In this document: positions 29,095-38,546 of the stretch, piece after piece
Layout: each line of letters starts with the position of its first letter
How positions within the stretch are numbered: position 1 is the stretch's first letter
Assembly (NCBI GenBank): GCA_963775425.1
Contig: CAVZJB010000017.1
Location: forward strand, 160,001 to 224,000
Origin: an uncultured delta proteobacterium
Lineage (GTDB): Bacteria; Myxococcota; UBA727; VGSZ01
Direction of reading: 5' to 3'
DNA: 64,000 bases
Program-made: the position numbers and the translations under genes
Notes under the pieces: model-generated
What the model saw: the letters and a program-made list of their open reading frames with translations, nothing else
Databases searched by the model: none
Told to the model about the DNA's origin: nothing

Positions 29095-31023
29095 ATGTGC
29101 GGCATCGCTGGCATCTGGGATCGCGACGAGGCTCCTTCCCGTGATCGGCTGCGCGCCATGATCGGCGCCATCGCCCACCGCGGCCCCGACGGCGACGGCA
29201 TCCGGATCGATCCCCCTTGCGGACTGGCGCACGCACGGCTGGCCATCATCGACCTCGCCGGCGGCGCCCAACCCATGGTCGACGGCGACCTCGCCGTCAC
29301 CTTCAACGGCGAGATCTTCAACTTCGTCGAGCTGCGGCGCGAGCTGGAGGCACGCGGGCGCGTCTTCACCACCACCAGCGACACCGAGGTCATCCTCCAC
29401 GCGTACGCAGCCTGGGGCGACGCGTGCGTCGAGCGCATGAACGGCGACTTCGCGTTCGCGCTGTGGGACCGCGCCCGCCGACGCCTGTTCTGCGCGCGCG
29501 ACCGCGCCGGCGTGCGGCCGTTCTTCTATACGAAGACGAGTCACGGCCTCGTGTTCGCGTCGGAGGTGCGGGCGCTGTTCGCCGCGGGCGTCCCCGCGGC
29601 CTTCGATCCCCTCGGCCTCAGCGAGGTGTTGACGTTCTGGAACGCCCGCGCGCCGCGGACGGTGTGGCGCGGCGTGCAGGAGCTGCCGCCGGGCTGCACG
29701 TTGCTCGCCGACGACGACGGCGTCCGCGTCGCGCGCTATTGGCAGCTCGACTATCCGGCCGCGCGCGACGTCGCGCACCGGCGGGACGACGGCGACCGGG
29801 GCGATCTCGATGGGGCCGACGCGCGCGCCGCCGACGAGCTCCTCGCGCTGCTCGACGACGCCACCCGCATCCGGCTGCGCGCCGACGTGCCCGTGGGCGC
29901 GTACCTCTCGGGCGGCCTCGACTCCTCCGTGATCTCCGCGCTCGCGGCGCGGCACGTGCCGGCGTTGTCGACGTTCTCGGTGACGTTCGAGGAGCGGGAG
30001 TTTGACGAGAGCGCCTACCAGAACGTCGTGGCGCGCGCCCTCGGCACCGCGCATCACACCGTCATGATGAAGAACGGCGACGTCGCCGCGTCCTTCGCCG
30101 ACGTCGTCCGCGCCGCCGAGACCCCGCTCCTGCGCACCGCTCCTGCGCCGCTTTTGAAGCTCGCCGCGCTCGTGCGCGACTCGGGGATGAAGGTGGTGCT
30201 CACCGGCGAGGGCGCCGACGAGATGCTCGGCGGCTACGACATCTTCAAGGAAGCGAAGATCCGCCGCTTCTGCGCCCGACAGCCTTCGTCCGCGCTGCGC
30301 CCGCTGCTCCTGCAGCGGCTCTACCCGTGGATGCCGTCGTTGAAGACGCAGCCGGCGGCGTTCCTGCGCGCGTTCTTCTCCACCGGCGACGTCGACGACC
30401 CGCTCTACTCCCACCTGCCCCGCTGGCGCATGGCGTCGTCCTTGCGCGGCCTCCTCTCGCCCGACCTCGCTCGCGAGGTGGGCGGCTACGACCCGCTGCA
30501 GGCGCTCCGGGACGAGCTGCCCGCGCGCTTTTCGTCGTGGGAGCCGCTCGCCCAGGCGCAGTACCTCGAGGCCACCACGTTCCTGCCCGGCTACCTGCTG
30601 TCGTCGCAGGGCGATCGCGTGGCGATGGCGCACGCGGTGGAGGGGCGCTTCCCGTTCCTCGACGTCCGCGTCATCGAGCGCGCCGCGCAGATGCCGGCGC
30701 GACAGAAGATGCGGGTGCTTGACGAGAAGTACCTCTTGAAGCGCGCCGCGCGGGGTCTGGTGCCCGACAGCGTGATCGCGAGGACCAAGCAACCGTACCG
30801 CGCGCCGGACGCGCAGGCCTTCGCCGCGCTCACCCGCATCTTCGACGGCGTCCTCGCGCCGGATCGCATTCGCGCCGCCGGCGTCCTCGACGGGGAGGTG
30901 GTCCAGCGGCTCGTGGACCGGGTTCGCCGCGCCGGCTCCGCCAGCGCCAGGGACGGCATGGCGCTCAGCTTCGCCGTGTCGACGCAGGTGTGCTTCGACA
31001 CCTTCATCCAGAGGGAAACATGA
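29095..31023 (+). CDS. asnB: Asparagine synthase (glutamine-hydrolysing)-family amidotransferase
   Basis: MCGI, HRGPD, FNGEIFN, SDTEV, LSGGLDSS, GEGADE, GRFPFLD. Confidence 0.93.
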   Translation: MCGIAGIWDRDEAPSRDRLRAMIGAIAHRGPDGDGIRIDPPCGLAHARLAIIDLAGGAQPMVDGDLAVTFNGEIFNFVELRRELEARGRVFTTTSDTEVILHAYAAWGDACVERMNGDFAFALWDRARRRLFCARDRAGVRPFFYTKTSHGLVFASEVRALFAAGVPAAFDPLGLSEVLTFWNARAPRTVWRGVQELPPGCTLLADDDGVRVARYWQLDYPAARDVAHRRDDGDRGDLDGADARAADELLALLDDATRIRLRADVPVGAYLSGGLDSSVISALAARHVPALSTFSVTFEEREFDESAYQNVVARALGTAHHTVMMKNGDVAASFADVVRAAETPLLRTAPAPLLKLAALVRDSGMKVVLTGEGADEMLGGYDIFKEAKIRRFCARQPSSALRPLLLQRLYPWMPSLKTQPAAFLRAFFSTGDVDDPLYSHLPRWRMASSLRGLLSPDLAREVGGYDPLQALRDELPARFSSWEPLAQAQYLEATTFLPGYLLSSQGDRVAMAHAVEGRFPFLDVRVIERAAQMPARQKMRVLDEKYLLKRAARGLVPDSVIARTKQPYRAPDAQAFAALTRIFDGVLAPDRIRAAGVLDGEVVQRLVDRVRRAGSASARDGMALSFAVSTQVCFDTFIQRET

Positions 31024-31280
31024 ACCAGATCGCCGATCGCGTCAGCGAGTTCATCATCGCCAACCTGCTCCTCGGGAGGCAGAGCGACCTCGCCGCCACG
31101 CCGAGCTTCCTCGAGGCGGGCATCATCGACTCCACCGGTGTGCTCGAGCTCGTGCAGTTCCTCGAGGAGACGTGGGCGATCGAGGTCACCGACGCCGAGA
31201 TGCTGCCCGACAACCTCGACTCGCTCGACAAGATCGAGCGCTTCGTGCGTTCGAAGACCTTGTCGGCGGCCGCCCAATGA
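31020..31280 (+). CDS. Acyl/aminoacyl carrier protein
   Basis: GIIDSTG (DltC-like) motif; ATGA overlap. Confidence 0.9.
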   Translation: MNQIADRVSEFIIANLLLGRQSDLAATPSFLEAGIIDSTGVLELVQFLEETWAIEVTDAEMLPDNLDSLDKIERFVRSKTLSAAAQ

Positions 31281-32962
31281 CCACGGCGATGTGGCTCGAG
31301 TCGTTCCTGGAAGAGAGCGCGCGGCGAACCCCCGACAAGACCGCGGTCGTCTGCGGGCAGGAGCGGGCGACGTACGCCGACATCGAGCGCGCCGCCAACC
31401 GCCTCGCCCGGCGCCTGCGGGCGCGCGGCGTCGCGCGCGGCGACCGCGTCGCCGTCTGCCTCGAAAACGGCGTACCGAACGCGACGACGCTGTTCGCGGT
31501 GTGGAAGGCGGGCGCGGCGGCGGTGCTCGTGAACCCCGCGTCCAAGCCGGACAAGATCGAGCGCATCCTCGACGACGCCGGGGCCGCGGCCCTCGTCGCG
31601 GGCCCGCGCACGCTGGCCGCGTACCTCGAGGACGCGTCCGGGCCCACCGCGCCCACGCCCGACGATGCTTCTCGTGTCGCGCGCGGGCTCCCGGCCGTCG
31701 TCATCGTGGCGGGCGGGCGGCTCGGCGACTTCGAAGCGTTCGAAGACGTCGTCGCGAGCGGTGACGACACGCCGCCGGAGAAGGCGCACATCGATCTCGA
31801 CCTCGCCGTGCTCCTGTACACCTCCGGGTCCACAGGCATGCCCAAGGGCGTGATGCACACGCACGCGTCGCTCATGTCCGCCACGCGCTCCATCGTCCAC
31901 TACCTCGACAACACCGCCGCCGACGTCATCCTGCAGGTGCTCCCGCTGTCGTTCGGCTACGGCCTCATGCAGTGGCTGTCCGTCGCCTGCACCGGCGCCA
32001 CGCTGGTGCTCGAGAAGTCGTTCGCGTTCCCGCAGGTGTCGCTGCAGAAGATCGCGGGCGAGCGCGTCACCGGCATCGCCATGGTGCCGACTGTGGCCGC
32101 GCTCTTCATCGAAAACGGCTTGCGCGAGGGCGGCCCCCACGACGTCAGCTCGCTGCGCTACGTCACCAACGCCGGCGCGGGCATGCCCGTGACGCTGGTG
32201 CGCCGGGTGCGTCGAGCGCTGCCGAGCGTGAAGCTCGTGTTGATGTACGGGCAGACGGAGTGCATCCGCGCGTCCTACCTGCCGCCGGAGGACGTGGACC
32301 GCCGCCCCGACGCCGTCGGACGCGGCATCCCCAACCAGGAGACGTGGCTCGTCGACGAGGACGGCACGCGCGTCGACGTCGGCGTCGGCGAGATGGTGGT
32401 GCGCGGCGCGCACGTGATGCGCGGCTACTGGCGGCGGCCCGAAGCCACCGAGCAGAAGCTCCGCCCCGGGCCGCTGCCGGGCGAGCGCGTGCTCCACACG
32501 GGCGATCTGTTCCGGCGCGACGAGGAGGGCCTCTTCTCCTTCGTCGCGCGCAAGGACGACATCATCAAGACGCGTGGCGAGAAGGTGAGCCCCAAGGAGG
32601 TCGAGGACGTCCTGCTCGCCGTCCCCGGCGTCGAAGACGCCGCCGTCGCCGGCGTCGAAGACGCGCTCCTCGGCGAAGCCGTGCGCGCGTGGGTGGTTTC
32701 TGCCGGCGGGGCGGAGCTCGAGGAGCGCGCCGTGCTGCGGGCGTGCCGGGACAAGCTCGAGGACTTCGCGGTGCCCAAGCGCGTGATCGTCGTGGACGCG
32801 CTGCCGAAGAGCCTGAACGGAAAGATCGACAAGCGGGCCCTCGTGGCCACGGCGGCGGCGCGCGCGCCGCAGACGACGACAACGACGACGACGACAACGA
32901 CGACGACGACGCGCCCGACGACGACCTCGACGGGGCCGACGCGAGCATGGCGGTCCGAGTGA
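31277..32962 (+). CDS. AMP-forming acyl-CoA/acyl-ACP ligase
   Basis: YTSGSTGMPKG, MYGQTE, HTGD, RKDD, PKSLNGKIDK; poly-Thr tail. Confidence 0.92.
   Translation: MTTAMWLESFLEESARRTPDKTAVVCGQERATYADIERAANRLARRLRARGVARGDRVAVCLENGVPNATTLFAVWKAGAAAVLVNPASKPDKIERILDDAGAAALVAGPRTLAAYLEDASGPTAPTPDDASRVARGLPAVVIVAGGRLGDFEAFEDVVASGDDTPPEKAHIDLDLAVLLYTSGSTGMPKGVMHTHASLMSATRSIVHYLDNTAADVILQVLPLSFGYGLMQWLSVACTGATLVLEKSFAFPQVSLQKIAGERVTGIAMVPTVAALFIENGLREGGPHDVSSLRYVTNAGAGMPVTLVRRVRRALPSVKLVLMYGQTECIRASYLPPEDVDRRPDAVGRGIPNQETWLVDEDGTRVDVGVGEMVVRGAHVMRGYWRRPEATEQKLRPGPLPGERVLHTGDLFRRDEEGLFSFVARKDDIIKTRGEKVSPKEVEDVLLAVPGVEDAAVAGVEDALLGEAVRAWVVSAGGAELEERAVLRACRDKLEDFAVPKRVIVVDALPKSLNGKIDKRALVATAAARAPQTTTTTTTTTTTTTRPTTTSTGPTRAWRSE
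32872..32928 (+). repeat. (ACG/ACA)n microsatellite encoding a poly-Thr tail
   Basis: acgacgacaacgacgacgacgacaacgacgacgacgacg... Confidence 0.85.
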
Positions 32963-32975
32963 CCCGGAGGATGAA

Positions 32976-33959
32976 GTGAGCCTGAACATGGACGCTCTTC
33001 GCATCGACACCAAGGCCACGGCCGACGCCATCGCCGAGCGCATGCGCGGCATCGTCTCCGACGTCCTCAAGAAGCGCGGCATCGTCGTCGGGTTGTCCGG
33101 CGGCATCGACTCGAGCGCCACCGCCGGGCTCGCGGTGCGCGCCCTCGGGCCCGATCGGGTCGTGGGCCTGTTGATGCCGGAGAGCGAGAGCGCCGACGAG
33201 ACGCTCGGCATCTCGCAGCGCGTGGGCGACGCGCTCGGCATCGAGACGATCCACGAGGACATCACGCCCATCCTTCGATCGGTGCGCGCCTACGAGCGCA
33301 GGGACACCGCCATCGCGCGCTGCGTCCCGGGTTACGGCCCCGGGTGGAAGAGCAAGATCGTGCTGCCGAACCTCCTCGAGAGCGACGCGCTGCGCTTCTA
33401 CTCGGTGGTGGCCAGGAGCCCGGACGGTGCGGTGTCGCGGACGCGCTTGAGCCCGGCCGCGTACCTGGAGGTGGTGGCGGCCACCAACTTCAAGCAGCGC
33501 ATCCGCAAGATGCTCGAGTACTTCCACGCCGACCGCCTCAACTACGCGGTGGCGGGCACGCCCAACAGGCTCGAGTACGACCAGGGCTTCTTCGTGAAGG
33601 GCGGCGACGGCCTCGGCGACGTCAAGCCCATCGCGCACCTGTACAAACAGCAGGTGTACGCCGTGGCCGCGGAGGTCGGGGTGCCCGAGGAGGTGCTGCG
33701 CCGGCGGCCCACGACGGACACGTACTCGCTGCCGCAGACCCAAGACGACTTCTACTTCTCGCTCCCCTACGAGCAGATGGACCTCTGCCTCTGGGGCAAG
33801 AACCACGGCGTCGCGGCCGCCGAGGTGGCGAGCGCGCTCTCGCTGCAGGACGAGCAGATCGAGCGCGTCTACCGGGACATCGAGCAGAAGCGCCGCACCA
33901 CCCGTCCGCTGCACTTGAACGCCGTCCTCATCGAGGACGTTTTGGAGATTCATCGATGA
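32976..33959 (+). CDS. nadE: NH3-dependent NAD synthetase-like ATP pyrophosphatase
   Basis: GLSGGIDSS, NFKQRIR, GTPNRLE, GFFVKGGDG, PIAHLYKQQV. Confidence 0.85.
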   Translation: MSLNMDALRIDTKATADAIAERMRGIVSDVLKKRGIVVGLSGGIDSSATAGLAVRALGPDRVVGLLMPESESADETLGISQRVGDALGIETIHEDITPILRSVRAYERRDTAIARCVPGYGPGWKSKIVLPNLLESDALRFYSVVARSPDGAVSRTRLSPAAYLEVVAATNFKQRIRKMLEYFHADRLNYAVAGTPNRLEYDQGFFVKGGDGLGDVKPIAHLYKQQVYAVAAEVGVPEEVLRRRPTTDTYSLPQTQDDFYFSLPYEQMDLCLWGKNHGVAAAEVASALSLQDEQIERVYRDIEQKRRTTRPLHLNAVLIEDVLEIHR

Positions 33960-34699
33960 GCAAGCTGGCGTTGAGCGCCGCGCTCCTGGCCGGTTGCGCG
34001 GACGGCGTTGATGGCACCCAGCTCGAGCGCGTCGCACAAGCGGGCGAGCTCGGCGCGCTCGAAAACAAGCGCGTCTTCTTCGGCCACCACTCGGTGGGCC
34101 GGGACATCCTCGACGGCGTGAGCCTTGTCGCGCCCGAGGCGCACCTGTTCGTCTCCGAGGCCGCCGTCGGCGAAAACGGGCAACCCTCGCTCAAGATCGC
34201 CGACTTCGAGGAGATCGCCCTCGGCTGCGACGCGGACATCGCGCTCATGAAGCTCTGCTTCGCCGACTTCACCCCGAGCACCGACGTCGACACGCTGTTC
34301 GCCCGCTACGCCGTCGCCGTCGACCGCATCCACGCCGCGCGGCCCGAGCTGGTCGTCGTCCACGTGACGCCCGCCCTGCACACGGAGACGCGCGACCCCC
34401 GGAGCATCGTGAAGCGGGTGCTCGGCAGGCCGGTGTGGGGTGACCAGGCCAACGCCAGGCGTGCGCTCTTCGCCGAGCGCATGCGCGAGCGCTTCGCCGA
34501 CGAGCCCCTGTTCGACCTGTCGCGCATCGAGAGCACCACGCCGAGCGGTGATCGCGTGCTCACGTTGATGGACGGCGCCGCCGTCCCCGCGCTGTGGGAC
34601 GGCTACAGCACCGACGGCGGACACCTGAACAATCGGGGCAAGCGCGTCGCTGCGGCCGCCTTCCTTGACGTGCTGGAGCGCGCCGCCGAGCTCGAGTGA
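33956..34699 (+). CDS. Lipoprotein with SGNH-hydrolase-like motifs
   Basis: Lipobox LLAGC; FFGHHSVG (block I-like); DGGHLN (DxxH). Confidence 0.65.
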   Translation: MSKLALSAALLAGCADGVDGTQLERVAQAGELGALENKRVFFGHHSVGRDILDGVSLVAPEAHLFVSEAAVGENGQPSLKIADFEEIALGCDADIALMKLCFADFTPSTDVDTLFARYAVAVDRIHAARPELVVVHVTPALHTETRDPRSIVKRVLGRPVWGDQANARRALFAERMRERFADEPLFDLSRIESTTPSGDRVLTLMDGAAVPALWDGYSTDGGHLNNRGKRVAAAAFLDVLERAAELE

Positions 34700-34716
34700 G
34701 CTGCGGCCCGGTCTTG

Positions 34717-35319
34717 TCACACGAGCTTGACGGGACGCGCCGGGACGCCGAACACGACGGCCCCCGGCGCTACGTCCTTGACGACGACGCTGTTGGCGCC
34801 GACGACGGCGTCGTCGCCGATGGTGACCTCGCCGAGCACGCAGGCGCCGGCGCCGAGGTCGACCCGATCACCGATGACGGGCTTGGCGGTGTCGTCGAGG
34901 CGGGTCATGACGCCGAGGGTGGTGTTCTGGCGGATGTGCACATCGTCACCGATGGAGCGCGCGCCGAGGACCATGCCGCCGTGATGCCAGAGGCGCACGC
35001 GGCGCCCGAGCTTCACGGTGTAGCCGAGGTCGATGCCGAACCCGAGCGTGACGCCGGTGTAGAGCGCCCGATACAGCGCCGTCATCGGCGCGCGCACGGG
35101 CCTCGGCAGGTCCATGCGCCAGTTGCCGAAGCGGTGCACCGCGACGGCCCAGAAGCCGGGCTCGAGCACGCTCGAGCCGTGGGTGCGGAAGTCCTCGGCG
35201 AGCAGCGCGGGCATGGAGATGCCGTGCGGGTTTTCGTTCTTGTCGCCGTGGGGGAGCGGCGGCCGCTCCTTCGGCGACAGGGGGACGGGCTCGGGGGCAT
35301 GCGCAACGGCTGCGTCCAT
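34717..35319 (-). CDS. Serine O-acetyltransferase-like hexapeptide acetyltransferase (CysE/WcaB family)
   Basis: HRFGN, WHHGG, IGDDVHIRQNTTLG, GANSVVVKDV, GVPAR. Confidence 0.88.
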   Translation of the reverse strand: MDAAVAHAPEPVPLSPKERPPLPHGDKNENPHGISMPALLAEDFRTHGSSVLEPGFWAVAVHRFGNWRMDLPRPVRAPMTALYRALYTGVTLGFGIDLGYTVKLGRRVRLWHHGGMVLGARSIGDDVHIRQNTTLGVMTRLDDTAKPVIGDRVDLGAGACVLGEVTIGDDAVVGANSVVVKDVAPGAVVFGVPARPVKLV

Positions 35320-35419
35320 GCGGAAGCTCTTTGCACGCGACGCGCCGGGAGCCGGGAGCCCGACGGCGCGGCTCGCGCCGCCGCCTGCGGTCGATTCGGC
35401 ACGGCCGCGCGGGCGCGTG

Positions 35420-35531
35420 CGCACACGGGCGCGCGACACCGCCCCGCGCGCCGCGCTCGAGAACCGCATCGCTGAATAGGGTCAGTGCCCGCACACGGGC
35501 GCACGACACCGCCCCGCGCGCCGCGCTAGAG
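35420..35531. repeat. 42-bp direct repeat pair (2 mismatches, 70-bp period) in a divergent intergenic region
   Basis: cgcacacgggcgc(g/a)cgacaccgccccgcgcgccgcgct(c/a)gag at 35420-35461 and 35490-35531. Confidence 0.85.
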
Positions 35532-35538
35532 TGCGGAC

Positions 35539-36132
35539 ATGGGCGACATGAAGGTCAAAGGCGTCTCCGTACAGGTGCGGCTCGTCGCCGACGTCGAACG
35601 TACGGGCGAGGGGGCCAAGGTCGTCAAGCACGGCGGCGGCGGCGGCGAGGTGCGGTCGCGGGTCGAGATCGCGGCGGACGACGGGTTCAAGGGGACGGCG
35701 GCGGGCACAGGGCGGCTGCCGGCCTCGCTGCCCGGGGACAACAAGAGCCCGGTGGCGGTGGGCGCCGGCAAGGGCGTGCTCGGCCACCTGCTCTCCGCGG
35801 CGGTCACGCCGTCTGTGGCGGACCCCGGGCAGCTCTCCGCGGCCGAGCTGAAAGCGCTCCTGCAGCCGTTCTTCGGCCGGCCCGTCGTCGTCACCACCTA
35901 CGACAAGGACGATGCCTCGTCGCTCAAGGACGCGCTGAAGGCGCAGAGCGTCGGCGACACCCGCGGCACGCTCGTCGACGTCGGGCCCGAGGGGCTCGTC
36001 CTCGAGCACGAAGGCGGCAAGCAAGACACCGTGCGCGGCGAATACTGGGCTGTCGCGCGCATTCGCCTCGATGACGGCGACCGGCGCGTGGTGGCACAGG
36101 ACCCGAGCTACCCGAAGCTGTTCGCGGACTAG
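35539..36132 (+). CDS. Hypothetical protein
   Basis: Open frame with host-like codon use; low-complexity N-terminus, compact beta-rich C-terminus. Confidence 0.6.
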   Translation: MGDMKVKGVSVQVRLVADVERTGEGAKVVKHGGGGGEVRSRVEIAADDGFKGTAAGTGRLPASLPGDNKSPVAVGAGKGVLGHLLSAAVTPSVADPGQLSAAELKALLQPFFGRPVVVTTYDKDDASSLKDALKAQSVGDTRGTLVDVGPEGLVLEHEGGKQDTVRGEYWAVARIRLDDGDRRVVAQDPSYPKLFAD

Positions 36133-36164
36133 CGCAGGCCCGCGCGGGTTGCTCCGTTGTCATC

Positions 36165-36977
36165 ATGCGGATCCTCGTCGCGTTCGGCCCCGAAGGAGAT
36201 GGCACGGCGCCACTCGCGCGCGCAGTGGGAGACGCGCTCGCGGCGGCGGGGCACCAGGCCGACGTGCGCGCGGTGCGCGGGCTGCGCGAGCTCGTCACGT
36301 GGGACGCCGTGCTCGTGGGCGGCACGCTGACCGCCGACGGCCTCCCCGGCGAGATCCGCCGCTTCGTGCGCAGGAACGTGGACGTGTTGCGCGCGATGCC
36401 CGTGTGGTTCTTCACGTGCGGCGCCGCCGTCCCCCGCCCGTTCCCCGCCGTCCCCGCGCGCGAGACGCAGGTGCGCGCGCTCATGAACGCGGTCGGGGCC
36501 CGCGGCCATGGCTCGGTCCGCGGCGACGGCGAGGCCCGCGCCTGGGCCGCCGCCGTCGGCGACGCGCTGGCCGCGGCGCCGGCGCCCCCGCGGCTGGCTG
36601 TCCGCCGGGCCCGCGCCCTGCGGCGCACGCGGCGCGCGCTCGTCCTGCTGTGCGCGGTCTCGGCGGTCATCGCGTTCGCCGAGGGCGGCGAGCTGGTGCT
36701 GTGGCACCGCCTGCTGTTCAACGTCGCCATCGGCGGCCTCGGCGCCGTCGCCGCGGTGTTGCTCGCGCGCGGGGCGCGTATCGCCGAGAGCGTCGCGCTC
36801 GTCGCGGGGCTCGCGCTGGTCATCTGGATCGCGACGGAGATGGCCCGCACGCAGGTGCTCGCCTGGCCGCACGCGATCTTCCTCGGGGTGGGCGTCGCCA
36901 CCTGTGCGCTCGCCGCGCGCCTCCTGACGGAGCACGCACGCACCCTCCCGCCGCGTCGGGCGGCGCGCGCCGCCTGA
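36165..36977 (+). CDS. Degenerate flavodoxin (HemG-like) domain fused to membrane segments
   Basis: MRILVAFG..G.T, WDAVLVGG, MPVWFF, RAWA; four TM segments at the C-terminus. Confidence 0.65.
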   Translation: MRILVAFGPEGDGTAPLARAVGDALAAAGHQADVRAVRGLRELVTWDAVLVGGTLTADGLPGEIRRFVRRNVDVLRAMPVWFFTCGAAVPRPFPAVPARETQVRALMNAVGARGHGSVRGDGEARAWAAAVGDALAAAPAPPRLAVRRARALRRTRRALVLLCAVSAVIAFAEGGELVLWHRLLFNVAIGGLGAVAAVLLARGARIAESVALVAGLALVIWIATEMARTQVLAWPHAIFLGVGVATCALAARLLTEHARTLPPRRAARAA

Positions 36978-36991
36978 TGCGCTCGGGGCCG

Positions 36992-37007
36992 GGGCGCGGC
37001 GCTTGCT
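36992..37007 (+). promoter_or_regulatory. Candidate sigma54 promoter for the PspC-domain gene
   Basis: GGGCGC-GGCGC-TTGCT ends 12 nt before ATG 37020. Confidence 0.5.
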
Positions 37008-37019
37008 CCGGTCTCCCTC

Positions 37020-37247
37020 ATGACGAACGCAAGCCTCGCTCCGACCTCGCCACGAAAGCTGATGCGCTCCCAGCGCTCGCGCATGATCGCCGGCGTATGC
37101 GGCGGCATCGCGGAGTACCTCGACGTCGATCCCACGGTGGTGCGCGTCGTATACGCGCTGCTCACCATCTTCACGGGGGTGCTCCCCGGGGTCCTCGTCT
37201 ACCTCGTCCTCCTGCTGGTGATCCCGTCGCAACGCGAGGAGGCGTGA
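37020..37247 (+). CDS. PspC domain protein
   Basis: KLMRS..RMIAGVCGGIAEYLDVDPTVVR..YLVLLLVIP. Confidence 0.92.
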   Translation: MTNASLAPTSPRKLMRSQRSRMIAGVCGGIAEYLDVDPTVVRVVYALLTIFTGVLPGVLVYLVLLLVIPSQREEA

Positions 37248-37248
37248 G

Positions 37249-37719
37249 ATGGCCTCGACCACCCGCGCCCGCCCGTTGCGCGCTCCCGCGGCGCGATCGA
37301 CGCCGACGGGTGGCGTGCGAGCCGCCGTGCGCTGGGCGCTCTTCGGGCTTTGCCTGTTCGCCGGCGTCACCGCCACCGCCGGCGGCATCGAGCTGGTCGC
37401 CTTCCGGCACGGTGGCGCGTGGCTGCCCATCGAGCTGCTCGTGGACGCCCCGTTCGACACGTTCCTGGTGCCCGGGCTGCTCCTCGGCGGTGTCGTCGGG
37501 TTGGCCAACGTCGTCGCCGCCGTGTTGGTCGCGATGAACGACCGCTTCGCGGCCGGCTTCGCGTTCGTCGCCGGAGCCGCCATGACAATCTTCATCTCGG
37601 TGGAATTCGCCATGCTGCGGGACAGGTCCTTCCTCGAGTGGCTCTACCTGGGCGTCGGCGTCGCCACGTGCCTGCTCGCGATCCTCGCCGCGCCCCGGCG
37701 GCGCCCCGCGCGCGGCTGA
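37249..37719 (+). CDS. Hypothetical membrane protein (4 TM)
   Basis: GGAGG RBS; PFDTFLVPGLLLGGVVG; hydrophobic. Confidence 0.7.
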   Translation: MASTTRARPLRAPAARSTPTGGVRAAVRWALFGLCLFAGVTATAGGIELVAFRHGGAWLPIELLVDAPFDTFLVPGLLLGGVVGLANVVAAVLVAMNDRFAAGFAFVAGAAMTIFISVEFAMLRDRSFLEWLYLGVGVATCLLAILAAPRRRPARG

Positions 37720-37826
37720 CGGTGACGCGGATGAAACGACGCGCGCCTCTCGCAATTCGAGCACGCCCGCGACGCCGCATCCGGCCGCGGCTGCCGTGAC
37801 GGCACGCCGCGTGCCTCGGGCGGCGC

Positions 37827-38539
37827 ATGCGCCTCGTCTTCGACCACGGCACCTTGGTGTTCCAGGACGTCCCCGCCGGCCTCGACCTCGGCGCGTTCGA
37901 AGGCGTTCGCTTCGATGCGCGCGTGAACGCATGGCGGGCGCGCGCGTGCGACCGCGAAGCGGTTTTGAACAATCTGCTGAGGCGGGGCCACGACGTCGTC
38001 GACGACACGCAGCGTGCGCTCGGCGGTCCGCGCGCCCTCCCCGACCTCGCGCTGCGCCCGTATCAAGACAGCGCGGTGCGCGCGTGGGAAGGAGCGCGCC
38101 GCCGCGGCGTCGTGGTCGCCCCGACGGGTAGCGGCAAGACGCGCATCGCGTTCGCGGCCATCGCGCGCTCCGCCTGCCGCACCCTCGTCATCGTGCCCAC
38201 GCGCGTCCTGCTCGAGCAGTGGTACGACGCCCTCGTGCACGCGGGCTTCGGGGCCGTGGGGCGCTACGGCGACGGCTTTCGCGAGATGGCAGCCATCACC
38301 GTGGCCACCATCGACGCGGCGTGGCGCTGGATGCACGTGCTCGGTGACGCGTTCGAGCTCGTGGTCTCGCGCGCTACCGGCGCGCGCGCGCGGAGAACCT
38401 CGTGCTCTGCGTCGACCGCGACCTCGCCTGCGCCGCCGGCGACCTCCCCGACAACGCCCGCATCGTACGCTTCCGAAAGCGCATCGACGTCGACGAGGTG
38501 CTAGCGGCCGTCAACGGGACGCTCCACGCGCCGTGCTGA
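37827..38539 (+). pseudogene. Internally deleted XPB/ResIII-like SF2 helicase joined out of frame to the C-terminus of a DUF790 (Bax1-like) domain
   Basis: LRPYQ, APTGSGKT, VPTRVLLEQW; homology stops at FELVV, just before DExH. From 38366 another frame reads LARYRRARAENLVLCVDRDLAC...RFRKRIDVDEVL*. Confidence 0.7.
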
Positions 38540-38546
38540 TGCGTCG

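Noticed and set aside
27334-30792. 1152-aa minus-strand ORF
   Set aside because: Shadow of the ABC ATPase, barrel and asnB genes.
35420-35531. Mini CRISPR array
   Set aside because: Only two repeats, no cas genes or AT-rich leader, and no clear CRISPR-like palindrome or terminus.
36137-36154. sigma54 box upstream of the flavodoxin-like gene
   Set aside because: GG-to-GC spacing is 2 nt too long.
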